From the NCBI GenBank assembly GCA_017654855.1, contig CM030332.1:4960001-5024000 (forward strand): a stretch of 64,000 nucleotides of DNA. Direction: 5' to 3'. Positions 1 through 11,414 of the stretch are shown here, piece by piece (positions within the stretch are counted from its first letter, which is position 1; the number at the start of each line of letters is the position of its first letter). Position numbers and translations under genes: made by a program. The notes beneath the pieces were generated by a model. The model was given only the letters and a program-made list of their open reading frames with translations, was not told where the DNA came from and made no database searches. Source of the DNA: Podospora anserina. Lineage: Eukaryota.

Positions 1-22
1 CCCACCCACAAGCAGGCCACTG

Positions 23-3000
23 TTGGACATATCAGACCCAGGATCTGTTATCAAGGCCGCCAAACTGATTGCGACCTTTGCGAATGAGATCGAGAGACTG
101 GGCGGTGTCAAGTTTCTGGAGGATCTCGAGAAGATCAGAAACAATCAAACACCACCGAAATCAAACACAGACCCACCAAGTACCTCCATATCTGCCGATC
201 CAGAGAATCCAAAGCCCGAGGAAGCCAGTGGAAGCCAATCTGGCACCTCCCAAGCCCAGGAGACCAAGGAAGCCCAAACCAGCACAGCCACGGGTGAGAC
301 CGTTGCCATCAAGGACCACGACGTTCCCGCAAAGGCAGAAGAAATCACTGCCAAGGATCAGGCGGTTCAAGCAGTGCCTCCTGAGAAGGAGAAATCCTCC
401 CCAGAAGAATCCCCGGCGAAGGACGATGACACAGAAGGTGCCAGGGAGTCTTCCAAGGAAGACCCTCCTAAGGACGCTTCTCTAGACACCACGACAGAGA
501 AGAAAGATCGGGAATCCTCCGTGGAAGATGGCAAAGAGGATGGCAAGGAAGATGTAATTCCGGAGGGCATAGAAAAGAAGGACGAACCCCAGAAGGATGA
601 AAGTCCAAAGGAGGAATCTAAGGCGGAGCCCACTGATGATGATCCCAAAGAGACTGATAGTGAAGTCAAGGAGGAAGGGACTAAGGAGGAGGAGGGGGAG
701 GCGAAGGAGAGCGACGTTAAGGATAAGGCCAAGGAAGGAGAGACCAAAGAGAGCGAGGCCAAGGAAGAGATGACAGATGAGAACAAGCCAGAGGAAGCCA
801 AGGAGGAGGCTAAGGAGGAGGTCAAGGAGGAAACCCCAGAAGAAGTCAAGCAAGAACCCCCACCAGCGCCGGCGCCCGCTCCGTTACCTTTGCCCGATCC
901 TCCACACGACCCTTTCAAAGGTGTCAGAGCCGACCCCACCGAAACAGAAGAGATACCCTTGGATGCCAACGGAAAACCAAAGCCGAGCGCCAGCCGGCCG
1001 GGTATGCCCATTCTTCCCGCCCTCGGTCGGAGATGGGTGGCTAAGGAATCTGACGGCGTCGAACTGTTGGCCCCTGAAAAGGAATGGGAGCGCCGCAAAA
1101 AGGAACTGGGCGAGAAGAGCTTAGCGATTGACCAGCTCATGGCCATGGTTGGTCTTGAACAAGTCAAGTCAGAATTTCTTGCCGTCAAGTCTACCATTGA
1201 CGCGGCAAAGAACAGAAGAGGGATGCTTCGAAGACAAGAGTTCAATCTTGCGCTGATCGGCAATCCGGGAACGGGCAAGAAGACGCTGGCGACTATCTAC
1301 AGGACTTTGCTCAAGGAATGCGCCGCATGGTCTTCTGTCAACAGCCCGCACAATGAGAAGCGGTCCGGATTTGACTTTCAGGCGGACAAGGATATTGAAG
1401 GTTTCCACCTGGTGCTAAACAACTACGGCGAGAACTCCAAGGTCTTTGTCTTTATCGACTCCATCGAGGGGATGACGGGTTCCCTCAGGGCAGACCTCTT
1501 GTACACACTGGACCGTCATGCCGAGCGTCTTCGGCTGGTGGTTGTCATTGCTGGTACCGAGACGGCGATGAACAAGCTTTTGGCTTCGCGACCGAGCGGG
1601 AGATGGCAGTTTCCTCGACGGTTGACGATTAAGGATTACGATGACGAACAACTGCGTCTGATCTTTCTCCAGATGGTCCGACACAATGGATTCACCATCG
1701 AAGGGGGGGAGACCGGGCCGTACCCTCGTATTGTGGCCAAACGGGTTGCTCGGAACCGAGAGTCTGGTGGTTTCGCCAACGCCTATGATCTCGTGCTGGC
1801 TTGGGAGAAGATACTGGACCGACAGGCGGCAAGGCTTGACCTGGAGCACGCGGCGTGGAAGGCTGCCGAGGACAAGCGAGTCGAAGAGTGGGAGGCGGTG
1901 CTGGAAAAGAAGCGTGCTAACCTGAGAGAGCTGCTCAAGGAGAATCAGTCTCTGCAGGCAACTAAGGAGTGGTTGACAGAAGAGCTAGAGGTCGCGACTC
2001 AAAAGCTGGAAGAAAAGAAGCAAGAGCGAGAGCACTTGAAAGAGAAGGCGCTCTCCTCGAACGAGTCATCAGTCACCGAGCCCAAGGATGTCGAGAAGCC
2101 TGAGGAAGCCGTCAAGACCGAAGCGGTTGCTCAGCCTACAGAAGTTCTCAAGACTGAAGAGCCTGCCCAGGCCGAGGCCGTGGAAAAGGCTGTCGAACCT
2201 GAGACCGAGGCTGTGGAGGTTGAAGGAGAAGGTCTTAAGACTGTGGAAGAAGGCGTCAAACCTGTGGAAGAAGATGTCAAGCCTGTGGAAGAAGACGTCA
2301 AGCCCGATCAGGGAGGTGTCAAACCTGAGTCTGAAGCTGTGAAAGCCGGGGAAGAAGGCGCCGACACCAACCAAGGAGGTGTCAAACCCACAGGAGAAGA
2401 TGTCGAGCCTGAGAAGGAAGGCGTCGAATCCGCGAAGGAAAAGGTTGATCCGGAGAAAGAAGAAGTCAAATCTGCAGAAGAGGCTACACCCAAGCAGGAA
2501 GCTGCAAATTCCGAATCAGAAGACGTTGGGAAGGATGCCAAAGTCGAAAAAGAAGATCCCAAGGAGAAACAACGCGTGCTGAGCCCAGAAGAGGTTGAGA
2601 TTGCCGCTAAGATCGAGGAGCTTAAGAAGGCAATCGAGGAGGGCGAGGAGATGTTGTCTAGCCTGGTCGAGTACAAGAACTGCAGGGGCCAGGAGATCAC
2701 CGCTCGTTTGATTAAGTTGTTGAAGTACAAGAAGCTCCCAATGCCCGTTTCAGTGGACGACAAAACTTCTGTTCCGAAGGAGCCGTCGGAGAAGTCCGAG
2801 ATGTTGACGGATAATGATTCGAAGGACGAGAGAACCGGGGTTCAGAAGGCGGACCCAAGCTCTGCCGAAGGCAAGATTAAGTTTAATTTTGATGAGAAGA
2901 ATTTGGAGCTTGAGAAGGATGGGGACAAGAAAAATGGGGGACTCGAGGAAGACGAGGAGCCCAACAAAGACGAGGATGCCAGCAAGAACGAGGATGCCAG

Positions 3001-5410
3001 CAAGAACGAGGATGCCAGCAAAGACGAGGAGCCCGAGAAGGAAGTCGAGCCTAGCAGGGACATGGAGTCTACTAAGGATGCCGAGTCTTCCACCAAGGAC
3101 ATCAAGACTAGCCAGGACGAGAAGCAAGCCAGAGAAGAGGGGGCAACTGACGGCGAGACTACGGCCGAGGATGAAGCCAAGGCACGACAACTCACCGAGC
3201 AAGACACGAAGGCCGACACCGACGGCCAGTCAGACAAGAAATCAACCGAGGTCGAGACCAAGGCCGAAGATGAAAAGAGCGCTTTCACTGATGAGAGTGA
3301 TGAGAGTGATGAAGTGGACCTCTCGTTTCTGTCGCAGGGTCCAGCGCCAAAGCCCAACACCCGACTTCTCACCAAGGAAGACATCATCGGACCGGAGCCC
3401 GAGGATATTCGGGACAAGAGCAAGGCTTGGAAAGAGCTCAAAAAAATGGCCGGCCTCGAGAGCGTCAAGAAAGCGATTGGCGAGCTGCTCGACAGGGCCA
3501 AAGCCAATTATCGTCGCGAAGTCCTCGGCAAGGAACCACTCAAGACCTCCTTGAACCAAGTCTTTTTGGGTCCTCCCGGTACTGGCAAGACTACTGTAGC
3601 TAAGCTTTACGGCCAAATTCTGGCCGAGATTGGGCTTTTGTCCACGAAAGAGGTGGTATTCAAGACACCAGCGGATTTCATTGGGCAGTACATCGGTGAA
3701 TCCGAGGTCAAGACTGCCCATATACTCGACTCAACGATTGGAAAGGTGCTTATCATCGACGATGCCCACATGTTCTATCACGGTGGTCGTCCGGGCACGA
3801 CGCACGAGTCGGATGAGTTCCGTCTTAGCTGTATCGATGTCATGATCTCCAAGATTCACAACCAACCAGGCGAAGATCGATGTGTTTTGCTTCTCGGTTA
3901 TCCTGACATGATGGAGGAGATGTTCCAAAAGTGCAACCCTGGCTTGCGGCGACGATTTCCCCTGGAGGAGGCCTTCCGGTTCCAGAGCTACGATGACAAG
4001 ACGCTGAATGAAATTCTACGGTTGAAAATGGCCAAGGAGGAGATCACGGCTGATGAGGGAGCCATAGAAGTGGCAGCTGAAGTTCTCCGGAGAGCGAGGG
4101 ACCGTCCTAACTTTGGCAATGGTGGTGATGTTGACAACCTGCTGAACCAAGCCAAGACTCGATATCGCGCCAGGACCAAGGCGAAGGCGGAAGCGGAAGC
4201 CGAAGGTGTAGAGAAACAATGCACGGAAAAGCCAGTCGAGCTGCCCCCGGTCACTCGGGTCGACATCGAAGAAGCTGTGGCTGGAGAACAACTAGCCCAA
4301 GCCCAGGTCGACCTGCTGACTGCCGTCAAAACCAAGGCAGCCGAACCTCCAACAGATAGCATTCAGCCCGAGGAAGAAGAGCTCGAGTCACCTCCACCAA
4401 CGGAAACAACCGACAAACCCACAGACAATGCCGACATTCTCACTCACTCGGAAGCCAGCATCGTCCTCACTCGCGAGGATTTTGACCCAGACTGGAACCG
4501 CGGCGCCACTGCCTCCTCGAAGTGTAAATCCCTCTTCTCCTCCCTCATCGGCTACGAGTCCATCATTTCCAAATTCGAAGGCTATCAACGCCTGGCAGCA
4601 AACATGCGCCGCCGTGGCAAAGACCCGCGCGAAATCGTCCCCTTCACCTTCATCTTCAAAGGACCCCCCGGCACCGGCAAAACCCACACCGCACGCATCA
4701 TCGGCCAAATCTTTTACGACATGGGCTTCTTGTCCACCAACGAAGTGATTGAATGCTCTGCCAGCAACCTCATAGGCCAATACATGGGCCACACCTCGCC
4801 CAAAGTGATCAACCTATTTGAAAAAGCCCTCGGAAAAGTCCTCTTCATCGACGAAGCCTACCGTCTCGGGGGGGGCAACCGCGCCACGGGGCATGCTTCT
4901 TACGAAGAGGAGGCAATTGGAGAACTAGTCGATTGCATGACCAAGCCACGGTACCTCCGCAAAATGATTATTGTTCTGGCGGGTTACGACAAGGACATGG
5001 ATAACCTCATGAAGGTCAACGCGGGACTGAGGGGGAGGTTTGCGACAGAAATCAACTTTCCCACCATGACGGCTTCCAAGGCGAAGCAGCATTTGGAGAA
5101 TTTGTTGCTCAAGGAGGATATTGAGCTACGGGATGAGTTTGATCCTGGGGAGGAGGAGAGGGAGAAGGTGTTGAGGTATTTGCATCAGCTGGGGAAGACG
5201 GCCGGGTGGGCGAATGCGAGGGATGTGAAGAGTTTGGCGGCGGCGGTGACGGGGCAGGTTTATAGGGATGTGGATTTGGATGAGCTTGAGAGGGAGGAGA
5301 ATGAGGAGGAGGTAGTCAAGAGGAAGCTGTTGAGGGTTAGTACGAAGGAGTTGAATGGGCATCTGAGGGAGATGTTGAAGCAGAGGATGAGGAGCGGGGG
5401 GGTGGCTTGA
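23..5410 (+). CDS. Large acidic AAA+ ATPase with three CbbX/SpoVK-type AAA modules; 5' end probably lies upstream of the window
   Basis: 1795-aa ORF with three Walker A motifs (GNPGTGKK, GPPGTGKT, GPPGTGKT), Walker B-like VFIDS, LIIDDA and LFIDEA, plus family-typical NPGLRRRF/NAGLRGRF and FGNGGDV/WANARDV segments. The ORF track starts it at a TTG, so the true start is unresolved. Confidence 0.85.
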   Translation: MDISDPGSVIKAAKLIATFANEIERLGGVKFLEDLEKIRNNQTPPKSNTDPPSTSISADPENPKPEEASGSQSGTSQAQETKEAQTSTATGETVAIKDHDVPAKAEEITAKDQAVQAVPPEKEKSSPEESPAKDDDTEGARESSKEDPPKDASLDTTTEKKDRESSVEDGKEDGKEDVIPEGIEKKDEPQKDESPKEESKAEPTDDDPKETDSEVKEEGTKEEEGEAKESDVKDKAKEGETKESEAKEEMTDENKPEEAKEEAKEEVKEETPEEVKQEPPPAPAPAPLPLPDPPHDPFKGVRADPTETEEIPLDANGKPKPSASRPGMPILPALGRRWVAKESDGVELLAPEKEWERRKKELGEKSLAIDQLMAMVGLEQVKSEFLAVKSTIDAAKNRRGMLRRQEFNLALIGNPGTGKKTLATIYRTLLKECAAWSSVNSPHNEKRSGFDFQADKDIEGFHLVLNNYGENSKVFVFIDSIEGMTGSLRADLLYTLDRHAERLRLVVVIAGTETAMNKLLASRPSGRWQFPRRLTIKDYDDEQLRLIFLQMVRHNGFTIEGGETGPYPRIVAKRVARNRESGGFANAYDLVLAWEKILDRQAARLDLEHAAWKAAEDKRVEEWEAVLEKKRANLRELLKENQSLQATKEWLTEELEVATQKLEEKKQEREHLKEKALSSNESSVTEPKDVEKPEEAVKTEAVAQPTEVLKTEEPAQAEAVEKAVEPETEAVEVEGEGLKTVEEGVKPVEEDVKPVEEDVKPDQGGVKPESEAVKAGEEGADTNQGGVKPTGEDVEPEKEGVESAKEKVDPEKEEVKSAEEATPKQEAANSESEDVGKDAKVEKEDPKEKQRVLSPEEVEIAAKIEELKKAIEEGEEMLSSLVEYKNCRGQEITARLIKLLKYKKLPMPVSVDDKTSVPKEPSEKSEMLTDNDSKDERTGVQKADPSSAEGKIKFNFDEKNLELEKDGDKKNGGLEEDEEPNKDEDASKNEDASKNEDASKDEEPEKEVEPSRDMESTKDAESSTKDIKTSQDEKQAREEGATDGETTAEDEAKARQLTEQDTKADTDGQSDKKSTEVETKAEDEKSAFTDESDESDEVDLSFLSQGPAPKPNTRLLTKEDIIGPEPEDIRDKSKAWKELKKMAGLESVKKAIGELLDRAKANYRREVLGKEPLKTSLNQVFLGPPGTGKTTVAKLYGQILAEIGLLSTKEVVFKTPADFIGQYIGESEVKTAHILDSTIGKVLIIDDAHMFYHGGRPGTTHESDEFRLSCIDVMISKIHNQPGEDRCVLLLGYPDMMEEMFQKCNPGLRRRFPLEEAFRFQSYDDKTLNEILRLKMAKEEITADEGAIEVAAEVLRRARDRPNFGNGGDVDNLLNQAKTRYRARTKAKAEAEAEGVEKQCTEKPVELPPVTRVDIEEAVAGEQLAQAQVDLLTAVKTKAAEPPTDSIQPEEEELESPPPTETTDKPTDNADILTHSEASIVLTREDFDPDWNRGATASSKCKSLFSSLIGYESIISKFEGYQRLAANMRRRGKDPREIVPFTFIFKGPPGTGKTHTARIIGQIFYDMGFLSTNEVIECSASNLIGQYMGHTSPKVINLFEKALGKVLFIDEAYRLGGGNRATGHASYEEEAIGELVDCMTKPRYLRKMIIVLAGYDKDMDNLMKVNAGLRGRFATEINFPTMTASKAKQHLENLLLKEDIELRDEFDPGEEEREKVLRYLHQLGKTAGWANARDVKSLAAAVTGQVYRDVDLDELEREENEEEVVKRKLLRVSTKELNGHLREMLKQRMRSGGVA

Positions 5411-5700
5411 GCGGAGGTAAAGCGATGATGTTTGGTTTGTTTTTCTTTTGGAGTTTTGGTTTTGGGGGGGGGGGTTTGTTATCCTGGGCAGGTGGAAGTG
5501 TACTGGAACTGGTGGGGCGTCTTCTTTATGAGCGGATATATATAATTTCTTGTTGAATGAATACTGTGCAGTATAACGAAGCAAGATTTGTTGCAAGGGA
5601 CTGTAACTTTCGTGTACTCACTCACCCTCACAACAAATAATTGGCATAGAGAGTAGGTTAACCCATATCATGATGTGAACCATACCTCGAAGGATGATTA

Positions 5701-5812
5701 ATAGGCCTTTAAAGATAGTAAATAGGCTTGTGAAGATAGTTCATGACCTCTTAAGAGAATTGATAGGCATTGAAAGATAGTCAAGAGGCCTTTAAAGGTA
5801 TTCAAAGACCTG
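5701..5812. repeat. Degenerate ~20-21 bp tandem repeat (consensus near ATAGGCCTTTAAAGATAGT)
   Basis: Units ataggcctttaaagatagt, ataggcttgtgaagatagt, ataggcattgaaagatagt and agaggcctttaaaggtatt lie between two convergent genes. Confidence 0.6.
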
Positions 5813-5942
5813 TTGATTTGCTTTCAAGGCATGGTTCACAATATGTAATATGGGTCAACTTAGTTTTGCTATTGTGGGAGGGTGCCTCGCTGACCATCTA
5901 CCCCTCGTATCTTACACAACACCATCTTACACTTCTAACCCT

Positions 5943-6780
5943 CTACCTCCCAGTCCCCCCAACAAGCAAGATAACACTCCCCAGCTGCCTCCTCAAATCT
6001 TCCTTCTCTACGTCATGTGTATCCTCCACCTCTCCCCACCTCCGGGTCTGCCACTCAACCTCCACGCTCACCACCCTCGCCGCCTCCTCCACCCCAAACT
6101 TTCTCTCCTCCCCCTGGGTCAGGTCTTGCCTCTCCTCGCTCCACTCACAAACCAACCTCGCGGCCGTAAGCAAGCTCTTCCCCGCAAGTGTCGCCCTCTC
6201 GATGCCCGCAAGCTCCCAGCAACTCAACCCCAACACCCACCCCTGCACCACCTCCCTCACCCCCGGCTCTTGTTTCCTGGGCAGTATGCTCCCGCTATCC
6301 TCCAACACCGGCACGATATTCACCCCCGGCCAGACCTTACTCGTCAACCAACCCACCACACCCCCCGCCGCCTCCTCTTGCAGATCCCTCAAGCTCTTCC
6401 CCTCATCATTGAGGTAACTGCTCGGCGCGTGGGGGTTGGTGCTATCAGCAGGCGGCGCCCAGCACAACAAGCTGTCCGTGTCGAGATACCGCATCATACC
6501 GGTGACAATAGACTCCCTTATCGGACCAGGACCGCCAGGATGCGCAGCGTCCTCAGCCCCAATGTCAACCGCCCTGCAGACCAAAGACGTAAGCGGGATA
6601 AGATGCTGCTTCGTCGCCTCCTGTGCAGACAACAACTGGTCCCACTCCACCGCCAGCGCGTGGGCGAGCTGGGGTTTGGACAAGGGGATGCGGATGATGG
6701 ATTTTGTGGTTGGGTGCCGGAGGGGGCGGGAGTCGAGGTGGATCTGGTAGGCTCCTACACCATACCACACATCATCAGTA

Positions 6781-6815
<35 letters not shown>

Positions 6816-7235
6816 GAAAGAAAGAAAGGAAGAAAGAAAGAAAGAAAGAAAGCAAAAGGTGGGGGGACGAAAAGGGGGCGGGGGAATGTACGTACCGACA
6901 ACCTCCTTGATGGAGACATCCTTCCAAAACCTCCTTTTCAACACCGGCGCGTTCGGGTCGGCAGGTTTGCTGTTGTTGCCGTTGTTCTTGCGAATGTCTC
7001 TTGCCTGTCTGAGCATCTCGGCCTGTCTTTTCCTCCTCGCGAGGCGCTCCTCTACCGCGTACTCTGCCGCCGGGGTGGGAGGCTCGGGGGGGGGACCGGT
7101 GCCGTACACGGGTACTACTTTGGCCGGTTTCGGGGGGTTGTTGTGAATCGTCCTCGTCGACGTGAAGGCCGCCGTCCTCCTCCTCCCCGCCGCGCGGAGG
7201 GGCAGGGTGAGGCAGAGTCTCGTTGCTGGCGCCAT
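5943..7235 (-). CDS. ATP12: Mitochondrial F1-ATPase assembly chaperone Atp12/ATPAF2; one intron at 6755-6895
   Basis: KRRFWKDV, LDSRPLRHP, LAHALAVEW, YLDTDSLLC and WGEVEDTHDV motifs and an Arg-rich presequence. Intron GTACGT...TACTGAT...GTAG. An alternative upstream ATG exists at 7313. Confidence 0.93.
6784..6852. repeat. Compound microsatellite (CA)n followed by (GAAA)n inside the ATP12 intron
   Basis: Directly visible run acacacac...aagaaagaaagaaaggaagaaagaaagaaag. Confidence 0.95.
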
Positions 7236-7971
7236 GTTGGCGAACCGGTCGGAGGAAAGGGGTGGTGGGTGGCTGCGGGAGGAGGAAAGGAGCTGTCGGG
7301 GGAGGGGATGCATGCGCAATATCAAAAGACGCAAGGCCAGGACCCCACGGTGGAAGAAACTCGTCGATCTGCGCAGCTCAGGAAAACATTTTGGAGGGTC
7401 TGGATGCTCTCAAAGTCTTGGCGGTCGTCGCAAGCTTGGTAAGTCAACAGGGATTAGCTATCTTATCGATTAATCAGTCGTTGTCCCCGCCAAAGAGGGG
7501 CCCTCGGGTCAACTTTGGAGATGACATCACTTTTGACGGTAGGAAACAATTATCTTATGATTTAAAAACAGTTCTACGACTGATATTGTATTTTTAATAC
7601 GAGCTAACATTGCCCCCACCCAGCTGCAATACACCATCTTTTCTCTTCCTAAATAATCATGACAAAAAGATGAATCTATGTACCACTGAAAAGGCTGACC
7701 AATGTACTAGAATAACGTTCGTCACCAGAAACTAAACAAACTTAGACTCCCCTCTCAAGGCCATTAACCCCCTTGAAATTCAGTAAACAATCAACTATCA
7801 CCTCACCACCATTAATAAACAAAGAGTTGCCCCCACCCCGCCCAATACATGTTCTCATGTTTCCAAGCCGGTCCTTTTTTGGGAAAACAGAAAAGAGAAG
7901 AATGTAGATGCTGTTGCTGCTTTCAAGCCCCCTCCATCATCCCCCCAGAAGCTGTGTTGAAACTCTGTGCT

Positions 7972-10900
7972 CTAGTAAGGAGGCTTCGTGATGCCCCCCA
8001 AATGCTGGTCTCCACCATGACTGTCAATCCCTTTCAACAACGCCTGGAGATCCATCACCGGCAGCTTATCCTCGGCCGACATCCAAGATGACGAGAGCGA
8101 CCGATTCTGACCGCCACCTCGGCTCTTGAGGCTCCGCTTCGACGTCGATGGCCTCGGTAGGGTCGCAAAATCATGAGCCGATGTTTTATGTACCCGAACT
8201 CCCGGCACACCCTCCGGAATCTTCGGTACCGGAGGTACTCTCCCGTCTTGATCCTCATCCTCCTCGTGCGTCGGGTGAGAGCTGAGAGGCCCCCCTGGAA
8301 GAGAAGACTTGCGCTCGTGGTAGGTGGGAACCTTGTCCAACTCCAGACCAGCTCCCTCCGGCACTGTCTCCATCTCGCCAGCAACAGGAGGGTTGAACGA
8401 AAGCTCGCTCGGTGTCAGATCATAACTGACAAGGCTGTCGCTGCTTGAATCGTCATGCTGCGGCTGGAACCCTGCGCCATGCGAGGTAGATGGTGGCTGA
8501 AGATGGCCAGACAAGACAAGCTTGAGCTGCTCTACCGAGGTCACCTGCTCCTTACCATCACTTGTGTTGGTCCGGGCTGGCGAGTGGCCACTACGCAAGC
8601 TCGACTTTCGTAGACCCGCAGGCGATGTGGAAGGACGGAGGTTCGTCTTGCTGCCGTGAGGAGACATGCGGTCTGGACGAAGACCGTTGCCGTTGACTGC
8701 AAGGCCTCCGCCAGTTCCATTACGGGTGCCAGTGGTTCGCGACCCGGCGAGAGAGGCGGATTTGCTAGTATTCTGAACAGCTGCCAAGACAATATCACGG
8801 CTCCACTCGTTATGCATTTGCTCGCGAACATGGTCTGGAACCCTGTTCTCCGTCTCGATGGTTGGGATCGCGTTCAGGTTAACACCCAGCATGGGGTGAG
8901 TAAAGCTCCTGCCGGGGCTAGCGGCCGGGCTCGTAGGCGGCGAGGTAGTCAACGTCTGATAGCCAGCGCACACCGCATCAACCAATGCGTCTCGCTCATC
9001 AAAGGGAAGCAGCGCTTCGGATTCGATCTCCTTGAGCGGTAACCTTGGCTGCGGCCGGGCCATACCAGGTGTCCCCACCAGCTCCATCACAGGAACCGGA
9101 ACGTTGATGCCTTCCACCCAGAAGTTCTTGCTGCGGCGGCGCACAATCTCGTTGTGGATAGCTCTCCCAACAGGCACGCCGTCGAACTCGAACTTCTCGG
9201 TCAAGATCCACAGATAGCCATGGACCAAGCTGCCGATGCGAACCTTTTGAATCGGCGTCTCGGCATCTTGGATATCCTCCTGGAGCCGGAAGATCATGGG
9301 CAGACCATATCTGACAGAGTTGATGCCGAGCCGGTTGACCAACTTGGCGAGCAGAACATGAAGCAAAACCATGTCAGTCTCGTAGTCGACATACTGGACA
9401 GCATTGTCATATATGGCAAGATGGATGAGCTGCAGGAATTGTGACCGTGGCGTCTTGACCGGCTTCTCCCGAGCAGAAGCGCTCGAGACGGCCCTCCTCG
9501 CAAGCGATGCCGCCTGAGCATCCCTGTTCTTCACGGCCGATCTCGCCGTCTCATCGCGGACCTTCCCATCGGCGCTGGTGGTCTCTCGTTCAAGCCAGGT
9601 CACCAAAGCATCGGCATATGCCTTGCGCACGAGTCCATCCGGATCCCTCAGCAGCCATTGAGTGCCATCCCATGTGGAAACAGGCACGTGGTTTCTGGAA
9701 AGCCCGACATTGCCACTCATCTTGCTCCTCGGATTTGCCACCAGCAGAATAGACTTGATGGCTCTCAGAGCTGCTATCTTTGCAACGGTAAGAGCGAAGA
9801 GAGAGTCGATGTGCTGCTCGTCGGCAAGCGCGTTCGCCGATGACCCAGGGGTTCCGTCCACCTTCTCGCCCTGTGGAGATCCAGAAATACTATTCGACCT
9901 CGCAGGCTTGAGTTTGGCAAGAATTGCAGCGATCATATCAGAGATCTGGTCCGCGTAGTAAACATGCGTGGCCAAGTCTCCTATGCACTCTTGCAGTCGA
10001 AGAAGCAGGTTCTTGCGCTCGGCGGCCGCTCGATCAAGCTTCTCGGCAAACTCGAGAGTCACCGGCGAACGCGGGTCTGGCATGCCGGGCTTGAGAGGCT
10101 CGCTTCTCATGCTGTTTGGGTCCCCTGGCATCTGAACGAGCCGTCGAATGTGAGCAATGAACTGAAGCAGAATATCCATAACACTAAGGCCGATCAGGTT
10201 GATGTCAGACCGCAGAAGTGCGCCGATGATGGCCGCCATCACGATATGCTGCTCCAGGGTTTCATCGGTCAGCGGATATGAAGCGAGTGTATCCATTGCT
10301 GTTATCAGGATGGTAAATCGATCGGCCACCGGCGTCCAGCGAGCAGCCAGCAAGAAGATCTTGATGGCCCACCCGCTGTCCTTTCCGTGCATATCGGTCC
10401 TCACCACCGGCTCGCGTTGGCTCACTCGCTCCTCGATAAATTTCAACACAGCCAGAGTTGCCGCATGGATCTGGGGCCGGTTTGGGGCCACAAAGATCTC
10501 CTTGAGGCATTGCATGGCCAGAACACCAATATCCTCCTCTGCCAGCTTGTCCGCGTCGACAGCCGTCCCGGCAAGCGCAATAGGGTTTGGCTCACCATCT
10601 GTCCCGGCTGTTTGCACTGTAGCGATACTCGTCCGCCTCCTTAGCAGTGGCGAGCCTCCTATCTTGTCGTCCATTTCTGCTCGCTGGTGCAGAATATCCA
10701 AAAAGTCTTCATTATCCGTCCAGAGATTCTCCAATACCATGGGAATAGCCACGCTGTATTGCTGAGTAGTGACCGAGGACAGGGCCTCGGACGAGGCAAC
10801 GCTCTTGATGGCTTCCAGACCCGAGTTCCTCCACCGCAGCGCCAATGGCTTACTAGGCTCGAGCTTGCCGGGGATCGCACGGGTTGAGGCCAAGGAGGCA

Positions 10901-11414
10901 TATCGCTGAACTATAGACAGATATTGGCGGAGATAGGCCTGGTCACCCAGCAGCGAAGTTGGGTCGTGATGCTCGCAAAATGCCTCAAACGTGGGGAGGG
11001 ACGACTCGACCATTGTGATATCATTGGACTTGAGTATTTGGTCGAGGATGTTGAGAACGCATGACGCAAACAGGGGAAGATCCTTGGGCGTCTTTTCGAT
11101 CAAGGCCGTGAGGATGCCGAGCGTCACTTGGACATTTCTGTAAGCATCTTGTTAGCTTCCAACCCGTGTTTTCGAGCGACAGTGTTGTCCGAAACCCACC
11201 CTATCCTCAGCCGGTATACATCGCTGGCTGTTTTCTTCTCCAGAAAGCTGCCAACTTTCTGGATCTTGGAGCGCCGTGATTGGGCATAGAATAGCAGGTA
11301 ACTGAGCTCGCTCGAATTGGGCTTGACGTCAACAGCTCCCTTGGCTGTTCGCGGGTAGCACTTCAAGACGAGGACCTGATGCTTCGGCCGACACTTTTGC
11401 TGGATGGTATTCAT
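7972..11414 (-). CDS. EFR3: Efr3, plasma-membrane scaffold of the PI4-kinase (Stt4) complex; intron at 11138-11199
   Basis: Exon 1 MNTIQQKCRPKHQVLVLKCYP...KPNSSELSYLLFYAQSRRSKIQKVG matches the Efr3 N-terminus. Splicing GTGGGT...GCTAAC...CAG joins it to GNVQVTL and the 1051-aa ORF containing LATHVYYADQISDM. Confidence 0.92.

Noticed and set aside
5701..5812. Spaced repeats as a CRISPR-like array
   Set aside because: Eukaryotic context, units abut without unique spacers, and there are no cas genes.
5850..7442. 530-aa plus-strand ORF
   Set aside because: Antisense to ATP12; translates microsatellites and C/G-skewed codons.
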